In this document: positions 25,202 through 38,513 of the stretch, piece by piece
Position numbering within the stretch: the first letter of the stretch is position 1
Layout: every line of letters starts with the position of its first letter
From: Chiloscyllium plagiosum
Taxonomy: Eukaryota
Length of the DNA: 64,000 nucleotides
Reading direction: 5' to 3'
NCBI RefSeq assembly: GCF_004010195.1
Contig: NC_057756.1
Location: 2,606,776-2,670,775, forward strand
Notes under the pieces: generated by a model
Seen by the model: the letters and a program-made list of their open reading frames with translations, nothing else
What the model was told of the DNA's origin: nothing
Databases searched by the model: none
Made by a program: the position numbers and the translations under genes

Positions 25202-28200
25202 GTGAGTTTATGTCAGAAACTAAATTTTGCTGTAATAAAAACTGTTTACAACAAACCAGAATAGGTTGCTCTCCTTCAAATTAGAATGTAAGTAATTGAA
25301 ATTGAATATGCGCTTTTTGTTTCTGTGCAGTTGATAAAACACGTGGTTGCGGAACTGGGCAAATACCTAAAGATGCATTTGTTCATGGATTGGAGATGGA
25401 ACACGAGAGAGGGAAGTCATGTAGACGTGACTGAACTACTGCTAAATTGCATCCATGCTCTGTTGTGCAATTTATATGGTTAAATTGTATTTGTCCACAG
25501 TATGGGCATTGTGGCTCTTTGCAACATTACTGTCAATAACTATGCGACTCACTCACAGAGAAAAAAAAAACTTTGTTGATCTGATGAGTGTATATGGATT
25601 GGTCATTAAATTTCATTCGGGCATGATCAAATGACACATGATATTTGTAAGCATATCTCCAAATAGTGTTCTTGATCGCTCAAATTTGACACTGTGGTGA
25701 TTAGACGAATTGGACAATTAACATATTTTATATCGTGCTGAACAGAAGCATCAATTCCAGATTTTGTCCTGGGAGTGAAGTTGAATTCAGAATGCAGCAG
25801 GGAAAGCATTTGCTAAACTAACAGCACATTTGACAGATAGTAATTTTCAGACATATCAAAACCATGATTATCAATTTGTTTACATGCGGAAGAATCTTGG
25901 TACTTCCACAAACTTATGCACAACTCAATCGATTCTGCAAATCCATCCGAAAGTAGTTAATAAGCAAAAACTTGTTGCGTAATACAGTCTGGCGAAAACA
26001 CTGAAAAAATGTTAAAAATATCGAATTTCATAACGAAAATCACATCAAACATTATCAAAACTGTAGTGCAGCTGACATCTTCAATGACATAGTGAAAACT
26101 ACCTGTGGGGCATGACACAAAAAAGCCAAACCCTTCTGCGACACCCACGTCAATTTCACCGTCTGCCTGACAGTCAACTTTTAAAAAACTCCTGAAATCC
26201 GGTCTACATGGTTCCCAAAGCAATCAGAACAGGGATATCAATAATTGTGGGGACAAGAAGATTGCCATGGGGCACAGGAAGAACTGAATGGGGCACCAAG
26301 TACTGTCACGGTTTCACTAGATTTATTAGTCTCTTTATTTCCAAATGGGCCTGTCAACAAATTATCGCTGCCCTCCCAAATTCCAAAAAAGAATCTATAG
26401 ACTCACCCAATGACATGCAATTGTTTGCTTTGTACATTTACGTTTACCCATTTATGAAACAGCCAAATACAGCAAGTCATTGACACTTCATTCTGACACA
26501 AATAATTCACGATACAGCATGATTCGATCTTTTGCTCGCACTTCCACCTTATCGTCTTGAACCACCAAGCCAGCGATTTCACTTACTACAATCAATGGAT
26601 TAACCACTGTATCCAGCAACTGTATTAACTTCCCAACTGCAACACTTGATCCTTTACAGTGCACTACTAATTCACTTCTCACTTACTTGGCAAAAAAAGC
26701 TCGCATCTACCATTGAGGGATTAAAGGAACTATCTTGTTAAATCATCATCCATTCTTCTTCCAGTTTACCTCAGCATAAATCTGCAAACCGATGAGTCAT
26801 ATCAAACGTTCCAGACTTCATCAGAATAGGAGCGTTCCTTACCAGTTAGTTTACAATAACTTACTCTGTCAGCCCTTACTCATTAAAAATTCACCCGTCC
26901 TTACATCTTCATAATGAACAGAAGACAACGTTGTTCTGGAACAACTTTTATCAAAGATATGATGAATAAAACTCAAACAAACTCCAACACATTTTTTCCA
27001 GCACATCGCACTTTTCATATTCTAAAGAAAAACTCTATGATAGCAAATAGACAACTGCACAATAATAGGAAAATGGACATTTTCTATTTCCAATCGTTTC
27101 TCTTCTTGTGATGAAATAAGTGTTATCGTCATACTATCCTATCAGGCAGCAACATGTTTTTGTTGAACTTAGAGAAGAGCCTTTCTTTCATTCAGGTCAG
27201 ATTGATCCAGGTAGCTTTTAAATTTTTAATTCTTGATTTATCTCTTTCAAAACAGAAGGAAGGGACATCAAAAAGCGTGTGTTGATTAATCAAAAATTAT
27301 TCCTGCTGCTGCCACCAAATTTGTGAATTTTTGCAATTGCGATACAATCTGAAATGAATAGAAAATAAATGATATTTGAAAAGAAACTAAGGAAGCATGT
27401 ACTCTCATCTCTATAAGAAATCTCTTTTTGGATTCTAATCAGAAAATATTTCTAAATTTTATTTGGAACCACATGATGTGGCAAAATTTGACCAAGTGGG
27501 AGGTGATGCAATAAGGGACAGTCACTTTCTATATTTTATATTTATAATTGAGATGCAAGCGCAGATAAGAAACATAAACATAACAACATCTGATAAATGT
27601 CATAGTATATAAAATTGTTGATATCGTGCACGATCAAAACAGTTATGTATTAATATGACTGGATCTTGTTGAGTATGGACAATGTGTTGAGTAATAGATG
27701 CTGCATAATTTAGATAATTTCAGGGAGTTGCATTTTTGTAAATCAACTCACATCAGGAATAACACCGTTAATGTTTGGACATGGGAATGTTGATAAGTAG
27801 AGATATTGAGGGATTCGGGTATGTACTTCCTTGAAACTGGCATCACAGTTTCACATGTGGGGAAGAAGGCATTTGGCAGTGGTTTAGATAAGGTAAATAA
27901 CTAAGGTATTTTCCCTTTGGCAGAGAAGTTCTGAGTTAGAGGGAAATGTTTGAAGTTGATAGTGACAATATTTGAAAGACACTTGTTGAACAGAGGCTCA
28001 TGTGTACATGGCTTCAGCCATGATAGAGCGTGATTGTTGCAGGTGGACTTATTGTATTTGAAATAGATTTTGTCAAGAACATGAGTCGGAATGATTTCGA
28101 GAAATTTGGATCAAACGCAGGCAAATGGGACAGGTTTAGAATGAGAAACCTGTTTGGCATGGAGCAATTGGACTGATAAATATGATTCGTTGCTTAATAT

Positions 28201-28304
28201 CTCCAGGACTCTCTGAACTTATAATGATTTATATGATATCGGTCGTTGAATTTGTTTCCATTTCAATATCTGATTTTATTTAATAATCCATTTTACGATT
28301 GAAG

Positions 28305-28325
28305 ATCTAGCAAACGATAGAATTG
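28305..28325 (+). CDS. 21-nt heptad micro-exon type C (DLANDRI)
   Basis: cgattgaag|ATCTAGCAAACGATAGAATTG|gtcagt. AG/GT intact, but the AAG acceptor is weaker. Confidence 0.65.
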
Positions 28326-31300
28326 GTCAGTTTGTTTCATAATCGAATACCTTAAAAAAACAAATTGCAGTGTCCTTATTGACCAAAATGTTGTGAGAAG
28401 CCAAAGCCAATATATTTTATCAACGTTTGCATGTGTTGAGAGCATTAATCAGATAACATATACTCACTTTAAAAACTGGATTTAGACAATAGGTGAATGC
28501 TGAAATTTTTTCAAACAGTAAATTGTCTCCAAAGTTATCGACGTTTTGCGAAATGCATGCAACGAATTATAGGAATGATTCTAAATATAAGATTGTTGGT
28601 AAACTGATTTGAGACGTTTTGTATCAGAGAAAAATCAATTGTGAATCCCTTACGAATTTTTTTGCCGAAATGAATATAAATTCAAAGTGAAAAATATATC
28701 CTTGTCCCGAGGGGCGAACGACAAGTTGATTATGAGGAAAAATGCATAACAGGTACAAGTGAGGAAGAAAGCAACACATTTATGATCATATAATTCTGAA
28801 GGAGACCAGTAAGTTGCGAATGAGCAGAAATGGTGAATATTACACATTTCTTTGGATGGAAATAAATCGAGGAGTGAGTTAAAAGTGAAACACATAGACA
28901 AGAAAAATCACATTGGCGTTACCTGACATGAAATCTTTCGAAGTCGGTGAACAGAAAAGTGCCAAGATGTTCCAAAGATAAAGTATTAATCAGCATCAAT
29001 TACAAGACCAGCAAGGAGAAGCACATAACTTGACGGTAACTTCAGTTTGTTGGATGTGTTTAGCAGTAAAAGTAAGGACCTTTTTTTTATTGGAAGTTGC
29101 TTCCTAGTTTGTTTTTTTTTTAAATTTAAACACAAACACTCTATTGCATGGATCAATCTCATCCAAAGAGAAGCGTTTTATAAATTTGTATACATTTGTT
29201 AACTACAAAGACAAAAACCACAAGCAGTGAATGTTGCACATGTCCTTGAATGGAAAATGAAGAGATCAGGGAAACGTGAGACAAGCAAACCAGAAAAATC
29301 ACATTGGCGTTAGATGACATGAAATCTATCATAATTTTTGAACAGACAAGGACCAAGATATCCAACAGTTGCAAAAGTACTCAGTCTCAATCAACACCGA
29401 ATATAAGGAGAACAGCCAGTACATTTTTATAGTTGATGAAAATTTAAGATTGTTGGAACGTCTTTGTTGAATTAAAAGTACGGACCAAATTCATTTTTCA
29501 AAAGGTACTTTCCATTCTGTTCTTTGAATTTTGAACACTTACATACTATTGTGTGGACCATACTGTGTGGTATTTCAAAAATATGGATTTTTGAGGTAAC
29601 CACAATGACTAAATTCATGAACTCCATGAGGAAATGCGTGATTAGTGTTGGACTCGCAAGTTGCAACATTAAATGCAAATGACGTCTCTGAGAACATCAA
29701 CACAGCAAACACTCAACGAAGAAGATGAGCAGAATGTTTGAAATTGGTTCTGGTATGGGAGTTTTGAAACATCCAAAGCAAATCAATCCCAATTGACCAA
29801 AAAGTGCAAAGTGCCAAAAGCTAATGCAGGCTATATTAGAATGTATAGCTGTAACAAAAAGATAATTATCAATTAGGTAATTCATGATCGTTGAAAAAAG
29901 GCCAATTTAAATTTGTTGAACGAAATTAGGATTTAGAACTGTTCTGCTTGGTAAACCTCGATTCATTCCGAAGAATGGTATTAATCCTGTATAATTATTT
30001 CCCTGCCCTCTTGTCCTCAAAATGGTGAGACTACCTATTGTGGTGATGTTGTTCCAGTGGAAAGTCTTGCTGTCAATTGTTTTGGTTTTCACTTTTAATT
30101 TCTGGTTTAAATATTTTAATGGCAGGCATGCAGTGGTGTTATTTCAACTCCACAAAATAGATCATTATTTTGCTCCAAATGAGGATTCACAGTAAGTATT
30201 TTCGGTAACAGGTTGCCAAGGTTCAACACCTTCTGCCAGAAATGATTCAAAGAGCCATGGGAACGGACGTCGTGAGAATGTTTTGACAATGACATGAAGG
30301 TTACAAAAAAAAGAACAAAATGCTTCGGAAGATAACACGAGAAGTCACATTTTTTGTATTTGTATGGTCATTGTCTGGACGTAGTTGTACACTCTTGAAA
30401 TCTGATTATCAATTCCACTTGATAAAAATCGATTGGTTCAGAAGAATGGCATTGCTGCTTGAAAATAACCTCCCTGCAACCTCCCGTCACCGAGGTGAAG
30501 TTATTTTGGCAAAACTATCCCAGTGAAAAGTCTAGCAGTTAATTATTTTGGATTTTAACGTAAATTCTGGGCTTAGAGTTTTATTCACATAAATGCCTTG
30601 GTTTTATATTCACTCACTATCTTGGATCACGTTATTTATTTTTCTCCAAAGACAGTTTCAAAGTAACATGTTTACAGAAACAGGTTGACCAATTTCAATC
30701 TTCTCTGCGCAGAAACGATCCAAAGATCCATAAGAGCAAAATGATCACAACGTTTCACTGTGACATACAGATGATAACCAATTGCGGTAGAACTTCCGAT
30801 TTTGTAAATCACATCTTGCGAATTAACTGCAGAGGGATGCAAAGTGGCAATTACATTTACCTGGCATTCTTTCCACTTACTCAGCTGCTTCTGAAATCCC
30901 GTGTGAGCTGATGTTACTTCAGACATCAGCCTTCTTTTCGCAGCATTACATTTGTTTAACTTAAAATATGTCCGACAAGAAAACCATTTCCCAAACCATC
31001 ACACAAGTTACAAAAACTCTGAAAAACCAACTAACAATAAAATATTTTGTATCCAAAAACTGGATACACAGATTTCATTATGAGCATCACAAACAAACCA
31101 TCAGCTCGAACCCATCATCTATATTGAACTGCTAAATCTTACGTATTTCAAAACTATCTGAACAAGTCTGGCACATACTCACGAAACACTGGTTTGATGA
31201 ACTGCTTAATACTTGATGCGCAAACCCTCCGAGTACACATTTATTACACGAATCCCGTTTGCTGTTACCATTCTCTGTTACAATTAATATGAAATAGGTT

Positions 31301-31558
31301 CACTTACTATAAGTACAGTGATTGCATTGTTGAGGGGATTGTCGTTTTTACTGTTTTTGATCTATTGGATGACCATAATCTGATATATAATGACTTATTT
31401 GTGGTGGATCATGAAATGAAAGTCCACATTGAGATGTTGTGTAATTATAGCTTTGAACATTGTGAAAATATAATCAAAATTGCTCTCCCCGTACATGGCT
31501 AATTGGTTATGGTTCAATGCCTTCTTATCTGTGTGTGTTATTCTGTTGTAAATTACAG

Positions 31559-31579
31559 CGTTCAGAAAATGTCATGAAG
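31559..31579 (+). CDS. 21-nt heptad micro-exon type D (AFRKCHE)
   Basis: aattacag|CGTTCAGAAAATGTCATGAAG|gtgaga. Confidence 0.8.
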
Positions 31580-32889
31580 GTGAGAACTCTAATACACTAC
31601 AGAAATACTGCAGCAGAATGGCAAAGAAATGCCACTGACACATAAATGTCATGTCTGTTCAAAAGTGATATAAACTGGAGTAATAAAAAAAAGGTTTGCT
31701 TTAATCTAAAGAAACACAATGTTTAAAAAATACAGCTTTTCTCTTCTCCGTAAATTTAAACTCGTGAAATGTCATGAAAGATATATCAATAATCTGTGTG
31801 ATATCTAAAAACATGACCGATTATTACCTACCAGTAAAGTGCGAACCAGTGCAATTTAGCATGACTCTTTTTTTAAAAATGCTATCACAAAAATGCATGT
31901 ATGTAAATAACTGAAACTCTTGGCAAAACAAGACATGTAGATTGATCTCTTACTCTAAATCCTGGTCTGGAATGATCAGACGCCTTCGAATTACTTCAAG
32001 AAAGAAGTCTCAACCCGAAGGTTTCCAGTTGTGTTAAGCAGATGTTTGTTGGAAATTGCTGGAGAGATGCAGCGGGTGAAACCACTAAACTTTACAAATA
32101 ACTGAATTCATTTACAGACTACCAAACGGAAAATAATCCAAATACAACAGAATTGCAGCAACCAAATATTTGAAAGCACGACAGACACGCTATCTTCCCC
32201 CCACCCAAACTTGCTGATGCGTTTTTACGATTTCCTACAATCTACCATAAACAAACCTCTTTCAAGAAAGGAATTTTCGAACATAGGTTCTTACATGAGA
32301 GAGAGAGTGTGTAGAGAGGATTATACAGGGATCGGTGGACAAAATATGTAATGTGCTTTTCAAAACAGCTTCTCAGCGTTACCAGGACACACTACAACTA
32401 TTTGAAAAAAAACCTTGAACTGGGGGAAATGGCTATTCCACTGTCCATTTTACAAAAATATTGTTTAACAAAAGAAACCTAAAAGCCATTTCTCCAGATT
32501 GTGGCCTGGGCCACCACCAGTTTGCCACAATGTGGACTTATTTCAGAAAAATCAGAAGCCGTGTCTTTTACAAACCCTTTTGGGAAAAAAATCCTCAACG
32601 GAAACCATGTCCATGTTAAAGGAGCAAGATCGTCACAATGAAAATCTAAAGTAATTGTCTTCTAAAATCACAAGGAACGATATCCATGCTGCGTCAAATA
32701 CAAGACAAAATAAATGCATCCTTGTATTCACGATTTTGTAAAACATTTTATTCTTGAAAGTTGGTCATCCACAAAAGTCACCCATGCACAGCCAAGGAAA
32801 CCAGGCGTTTTCTCAAACATTAAAAATCAACTGATCTCGTCGTATGCATTCTGTATTTTCAGTTATTCATGTAAACAAACAAATCAGAG

Positions 32890-33180
32890 GCAAGGACTTT
32901 TCCATGTGATAGCGGGGACACCAGCTGGAGCGCACTGGTTTCAGGTGAGAGGAGAATGATTTGAAAGGGACCTACTGGACAACTTTTTCACGCTGGGTGT
33001 GCTGCCTGCATGGAATGAGGTGACAGATGATCTGATGGAGGCTGCTGCGATTACAAAATTTAAAACGCATCTGGATGGTTACAATGGGCATTGTTAAGAC
33101 TGACATTTGCCAGGTGCTGGGAAGTGGGACAACATTAGTTTAGGATTTCTGGTTGGTATGGATGAGTTGGGCCCAAGGAG
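32890..33180 (+). mobile_element. Short CR1 3' fragment, unit-borne (equivalents ~43280-43580 and ~56335-56660)
   Basis: GGTTTCAGGTGAGAGGAGAATGATTTGAAAGGGACC..AACTTTTTCACGC..TGGAATGAG, typical of a CR1 3' end. Confidence 0.75.
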
Positions 33181-34465
33181 AGAGTCATTGAGATGTAAAG
33201 CACAGAAACAGACCGTTCAGTCCAACTTGTCCATGCCGACCAGATACCCCAACCGAATCTAGACCCACCTGCCTGCAACTGGCCCATATCCCTCCAAAGC
33301 TTCCTATTCAAATATCAATCCAGATGACTTTCAAATGTAACAACTATACTCGTCTCCGCCACTTCCTCTGGCAGTTCATTCCATACACGTACCATCCTTG
33401 TGTGAAAAGGTTGCCCCTTAGGTCTCCTTTATATCTTTCCAATCTCACCCTAAACCTCTGAGCTCTAGTTCCGGACTCACCCACCCCAGGGAAAATACTT
33501 TGTCCATTTATCCTATCCATAACCCTCATGATTTTATATACATCTGTAAGGTCACCCCTCAGCCTCCGATGTTCCAGGGAAAACAGTCCAGCCCATTCAA
33601 CCTCTCCATTTACCTCAAAACTTCCAACCGTGGCAACATCCTTGTAATTGTTTTCTGAACCATTTCAAGTTACGCAACATCTTTCCGATAGGATGGAGAA
33701 CATAATTGCATGCAATATTCCAAAAGTGGCCTACCCAAAGTCCTGTACAGCCGCAACATGACCTCCTAAAACCTATACTCAATACTCGGATCAATAAAGG
33801 AAAGCATACTAAACGCCTTCTTCACTATCCTATCTACCTGAGACTCTAATTTCAAGGATCTATTAACCTGCACTGCAAGGTCTCTTTGTTCAGTAACACT
33901 CTATAAGACGTTACCATTATGTGTATAAGTCCTGCTAAAATTTGCTTTCCCAAAATTCAGCGCCTCAGATTTATCTAAATTCAACTTCATCTGCCAATTC
34001 TCAGCTTATTTGTCCCAACTGACCAAGATCCCATGGTAATCTGAGGTAACGTTCTTCTCTGTCCACCTCACTTCCAATTTTAGTGTCACCTCCAAACTTA
34101 CTAACTATTTCTCTTCTGTTCAAGTCCAAATCATTTAAATAAATGATCATTCACAACTTCATGTCCGAGAAAGATTATTGGTGGCACAAAGTTGGCATTA
34201 TAGCGATTAGAAGATATGGATAATAAATATATTAAAAACGTAAGAGGCTGAAAATTTAATGGAGCCAGCACTGATCTTTGAGGCACTCCACTACTCACAG
34301 GCTTCCAGCCTGAAAAACAACCCTCCACCGCAACCCTCTCTCTTCAACCTTCGAGGCAGTTCTGTACCCAATTGCCAGTTCTCCATTTATTTTATGATAT
34401 CTAACCTTGCTAACCAGTCTCCCATGGGGAACCTTATCGGACCACTTACTGAAGTCGATATAGAC
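33181..34465 (-). mobile_element. 5'-truncated CR1-clade LINE
   Basis: Minus-strand YIDFSKWSDKVPHGRLVSKV, EGCFSGWKPVSSGVPQRSVLAP and FRVRLERYKGDLRGNLFTQ; tail at 33181. Confidence 0.92.
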
Positions 34466-35495
34466 TTGCTTGCGAGCTGTAGAGTTCAATATTTGTAAGG
34501 CACTGACTCATGGTTCGTTTTTGTTACTTTGCCAAATCTGAAATTATTGTTCACCTCATTACATAAACGAATCATGTCCCGAGAAATCAGAGTCCCTATG
34601 TTTTACGTATTTACAAACATTTTTATACACTAATTTATAATAACTTACATTCGCAATGATCATGCAGACATTCATTTATAACAGAAAGTGTTCGGCAAAC
34701 TGCAGCCCTTCTCCATTAAAAGTGCATTCTTAATTACATTTTCATAATCATTATCACGCAACGCAGTCCGCCAGGGACACATCGGATGAACAACTCTCAA
34801 ACAGCTCCGACACTTTTGTTCAAATGCATTGCACGTTTAATGTGCTGAAGAACACTAATGAGCATGGATCCTCCATCATAACAAATAGACAATTGTACAA
34901 AATGACAAAACGACATTTTCCACTTCCAATCCTTTCTTCTCAGGTGATCTAATAAGGGTTATTGTCACACTTTCCTACCTGGTAGCGCCATCTTCCAGAT
35001 AAATTTACAAAAGAGCCTTTGTCTTATTCCATCCAGATTGATTTACCAAAATGTCAGTTAACCCCGCCCTATTGCACATTACCTGCCTATTTCCTATCAA
35101 TGTCTATCAGCATGATATATGTTGGCATCCATGCTCTAGTGGAAATCTCATCAAAACAATTGGCTGATTGATCAGAAATTGAAAAAAAGAAAAAGTACGT
35201 TTCCAATTGACTATGTCGAATGCACTGAAGAATAAAGCGATAAAACGAAGGATGTAAGGACATTCTGGACACGATAATATGGGAAACACAAATGCGAACA
35301 GAGACTCATATATTAGCAATTTGTTTTTTCTAGAATTTATGTTGCCATTAAGTGAATTGGAGAAAAAAATGCGTCCACCAATTCATTAGAATATTATTAG
35401 GTTTGCTAAATTTCCATCAATAATGAGAATACATCCAACCCATCACATTTTGAAACAGCAAAAAATAATGTAAATTTACTTATTTCCCCTTGCAG

Positions 35496-35516
35496 ATTAT
35501 GCAGCGAAAGAAGCTA
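35496..35516 (+). pseudogene. Type A micro-exon with destroyed donor (DYAAKEA)
   Basis: ttccccttgcag|ATTATGCAGCGAAAGAAGCTA|tggatg. The paralogous position reads CTG|gtgagt, so GT is lost here. Confidence 0.7.
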
Positions 35517-35940
35517 TGGATGTTATGTGTAGAAGCTAGATTTTTTCTGAGATTGGAATGCTCATAATAAGTCAGCATAAATTGCTTCTTTTGAATTTGT
35601 AAGGAATGTCGCTTAAATTGAATCTGCACATTGTGTCTCTAACAGTTGATAAAACTGAGTAATCCTGGAGCTATGCAGACATCCAGAGATACATTTGCGG
35701 ATCGATTGCATTTGTAATATAAGCGACTGAAATAATGTAGCAATAATTTATCTGAAATAGTGCAAAATTGCATTCATTTTCTTTTATACAATTAGCACGT
35801 GTAATCTATTTGTTGCTATAACGGAATTGTTGCCCAAATTTCAGCCAAGATAACATACTACTGTCAATAACCATTCTTGAAGAAAAAGCAGACTACACAC
35901 ATACATCAACACTGTTAATGTTTAACTAATTGTCCGACAG

Positions 35941-35961
35941 ATATGAAGAAGTGCAAGGAAG
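35941..35961 (+). CDS. 21-nt heptad micro-exon type B (DMKKCKE)
   Basis: actaattgtccgacag|ATATGAAGAAGTGCAAGGAAG|gtgaga, with a branch-point-like ACTAAT upstream. Confidence 0.8.
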
Positions 35962-37101
35962 GTGAGAATCATTAAGAGAAAAAAAAATGTTGATCAGATG
36001 AGAGCATATATATTGGTTAATAGCTTTCATTCGGCCATAATTATTCACGACTTCATGTCCAACAAAGATTATTGGTAGCACAAAGTTGGCACTATGGCGA
36101 TTAGGCGATAGGGATAATAAATACATTTAAAAACGTGGTAGACTGAAAATTAAATTCCAGATTTTTTCGTGAGAGTAAATTTGAAATCAGAAAGTAGCAG
36201 GGAATGCATTTGATAAACTAACAGCAGCATGCATGTCAATTTCGCCTTTAGCCTGATCGTCAGCCATGACCCACCTCTTGAAATTCGAACTACAAGCTGA
36301 CTGAAAAATCAGAATAGTGAAACCACTTGCATGTGGACACAAAAAGAATTTCATGGAACAACAGATATTGCCACAGACTCACCATATGTGTTATTCTCTT
36401 TATTTCCATATTAAAAAGTTAGCAAATTCACAATGCCCACCTCATTCAATCAACAATGCACAGACTAAGCCAAAACACATTCTATCAGGTACATAGTGTT
36501 TTTTTTTCATTTTGCCTATTGATGAAACAACCAAATCTTGTTACTCACCACCCATTTAATCTGGTGTAATAGTTTCTGGATACATTTTGTTGAGAACTTT
36601 TTCTCCCACTTCTACTTCATTGTCTTCGACCAGCGAGTCAAATATTTGACATCCTACATGTAATGCATTAACCACCGCATCCATCAATTAGAGTGGTTTA
36701 TCATCTACAACATTTTTCTCTTCAACAGCACACTACTACACTACGTCTCACTCATCTGGCAAGCAATGGTAGCATCTACCATCAGGTGAATTACAGTAAC
36801 TACCTCGATGCAACACCATCCATTTTTCTTGCAATCTACCTTACAAGAAAACTGCAATCTGACGAGTAGCACCAACCATTCAAGACCCAGAGGTAGAAAA
36901 TAGTGCTTCACCACTTTGTTCACATAAAATCCGGTCGCTCAGTTTCGGTGAAGGTAACATTTGAAAATTTTAAAATTTTAAAATCTGATTTACCTTCATG
37001 CAAAACAGAATTTTTAAAAAATCAGAAAGCGTCTATTGACTATTCAATTATTCTTTCTGAAACTGCCGGCAAATCTGTAATTTTTGTATCCAATAGGTAT
37101 G

Positions 37102-37279
37102 GAAATGTGTTGCTGGAAAAGCGCAGCAGGTCAGGCAGCATCCAGGAAAGCCTTCTTCAGGAAAGCTTATGTCCGAAACGTCAATTCTCCTGTTCCCTGG
37201 ATGCTGCCTGACCTGCTGCGCTTTTCCAGCAACACATTTCCAGCTCTGATCTGCAGCATCTGCAGACCTCACTTTCTCC
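37102..37279. mobile_element. Palindromic Penelope-derived element with 15-bp TSD
   Basis: Perfect ~46-bp inverted arms (GGAAATGTGTTGCTGGAAAAGCGCAGCAGGTCAGGCAGCATCCAGG and its reverse complement). TSD TATCCAATAGGTATG at 37087-37101 and 37280-37294. Confidence 0.8.
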
Positions 37280-38492
37280 TATCCAATAGGTATGTCATTT
37301 GAAATGAACGGGGATGAATTGGGATGAACTTATGGAAGCATGTAGTCTTATCTTTATATTAAAACCCATTGTGGACGCGATTTAGCGATTTTTTTTTGGA
37401 AAAAAAATACATAGCATGTCAACTTTTCTCCATGTGGTACCTGACGAAATGAATAATGGTATGTTACAGATTTCCATACACATAGAGAGATGCAAAGGTA
37501 GCTACGAAAGAGAAAAAAGAACACCAACTGATATTTGTATATCATTTAAAATTGATGGTATGATCGACAATGAAGCCGAAAATCAAACAGCCTAGTGGGA
37601 TCTCGATGCACGAGGCCAATGGGCCGAGGAGTTTTAGATGCTGCTTAATTAAGAGAAGTTCGAGTTTTTATCTTTTGTTAAGCAAATCGCATCAGGAATC
37701 ACACGTTTAATGTTAGCCCCTTGGGAGTGTCGTTTAGCAGAGGGGTTCAGGGATTCAGGCACGTATTTCTTGGAAAGTAACGTCACATTTTGTCATTGTG
37801 GCAAAAGAATGCATTTGACAAACCTCCCTTCATTGATTAGAATATCAAATATGATAGTTATGACGACATTGGCGTGGCTATATTTGGAGTTCTTCGTACA
37901 GCCCTGCTGTGGGAAGGACGTTACTACAATGGAAATTATGCACAAAACAATATACAAAATTTTAACGGGGACGACTGCGCCTGAGTTAAGAGGAATGCTT
38001 GGATTGGACGGGATTTGTTCCCGAGAAGTTTGAAGGCTGAGGGTAAAACTGAAACAAGTTCACATCCAAGAGGGGATTGGATAAGTTAAGTCACAGAAGT
38101 GTTTTCCCGAGAGTACAGAAGTTCAAAGCTATAGGAAACTTTTTTTTAAAGTTAACCGTGGAAATATTTAAAAGACACTTCAGTAGTACTGTTTAAATAC
38201 ACAGGTTGTTGCATAAATGTCTTCGATCCAGGTGGAGTTACTGCAATTAGGAGATATATTGTCAACTGCATGAATGAGAAAGATTTAAAAGGATGTCGGC
38301 CAAATGCAGGCAAATGGGACCGTTTTAGTTTGAGAAACCTCGTTAACATATACCAGTTGGACTGAAGAGTACATGTCCATGCTGCATGTTTCCATGACCC
38401 TCTGACCTTAAAATGAATGTTATGATGTCGGTAATTTAATTTGTCTCCAGTTCAACACGAAATTTATTTCACGTTCCATTTCCCATTTGTAA

Positions 38493-38513
38493 ACGTCGCA
38501 AGCAAAATAATTG
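38493..38513 (+). pseudogene. Type C micro-exon with destroyed acceptor (DVASKII)
   Basis: atttgtaa|ACGTCGCAAGCAAAATAATTG|gtaagt. Perfect donor, but the acceptor AG reads AA. Confidence 0.7.

Noticed and set aside
34925..34960. Acceptor-like CCTTTCTTCTCAG|GTGA as a fifth micro-exon type (also ~24625 and ~43970)
   Set aside because: No conserved donor at a fixed distance or conserved reading frame across units.
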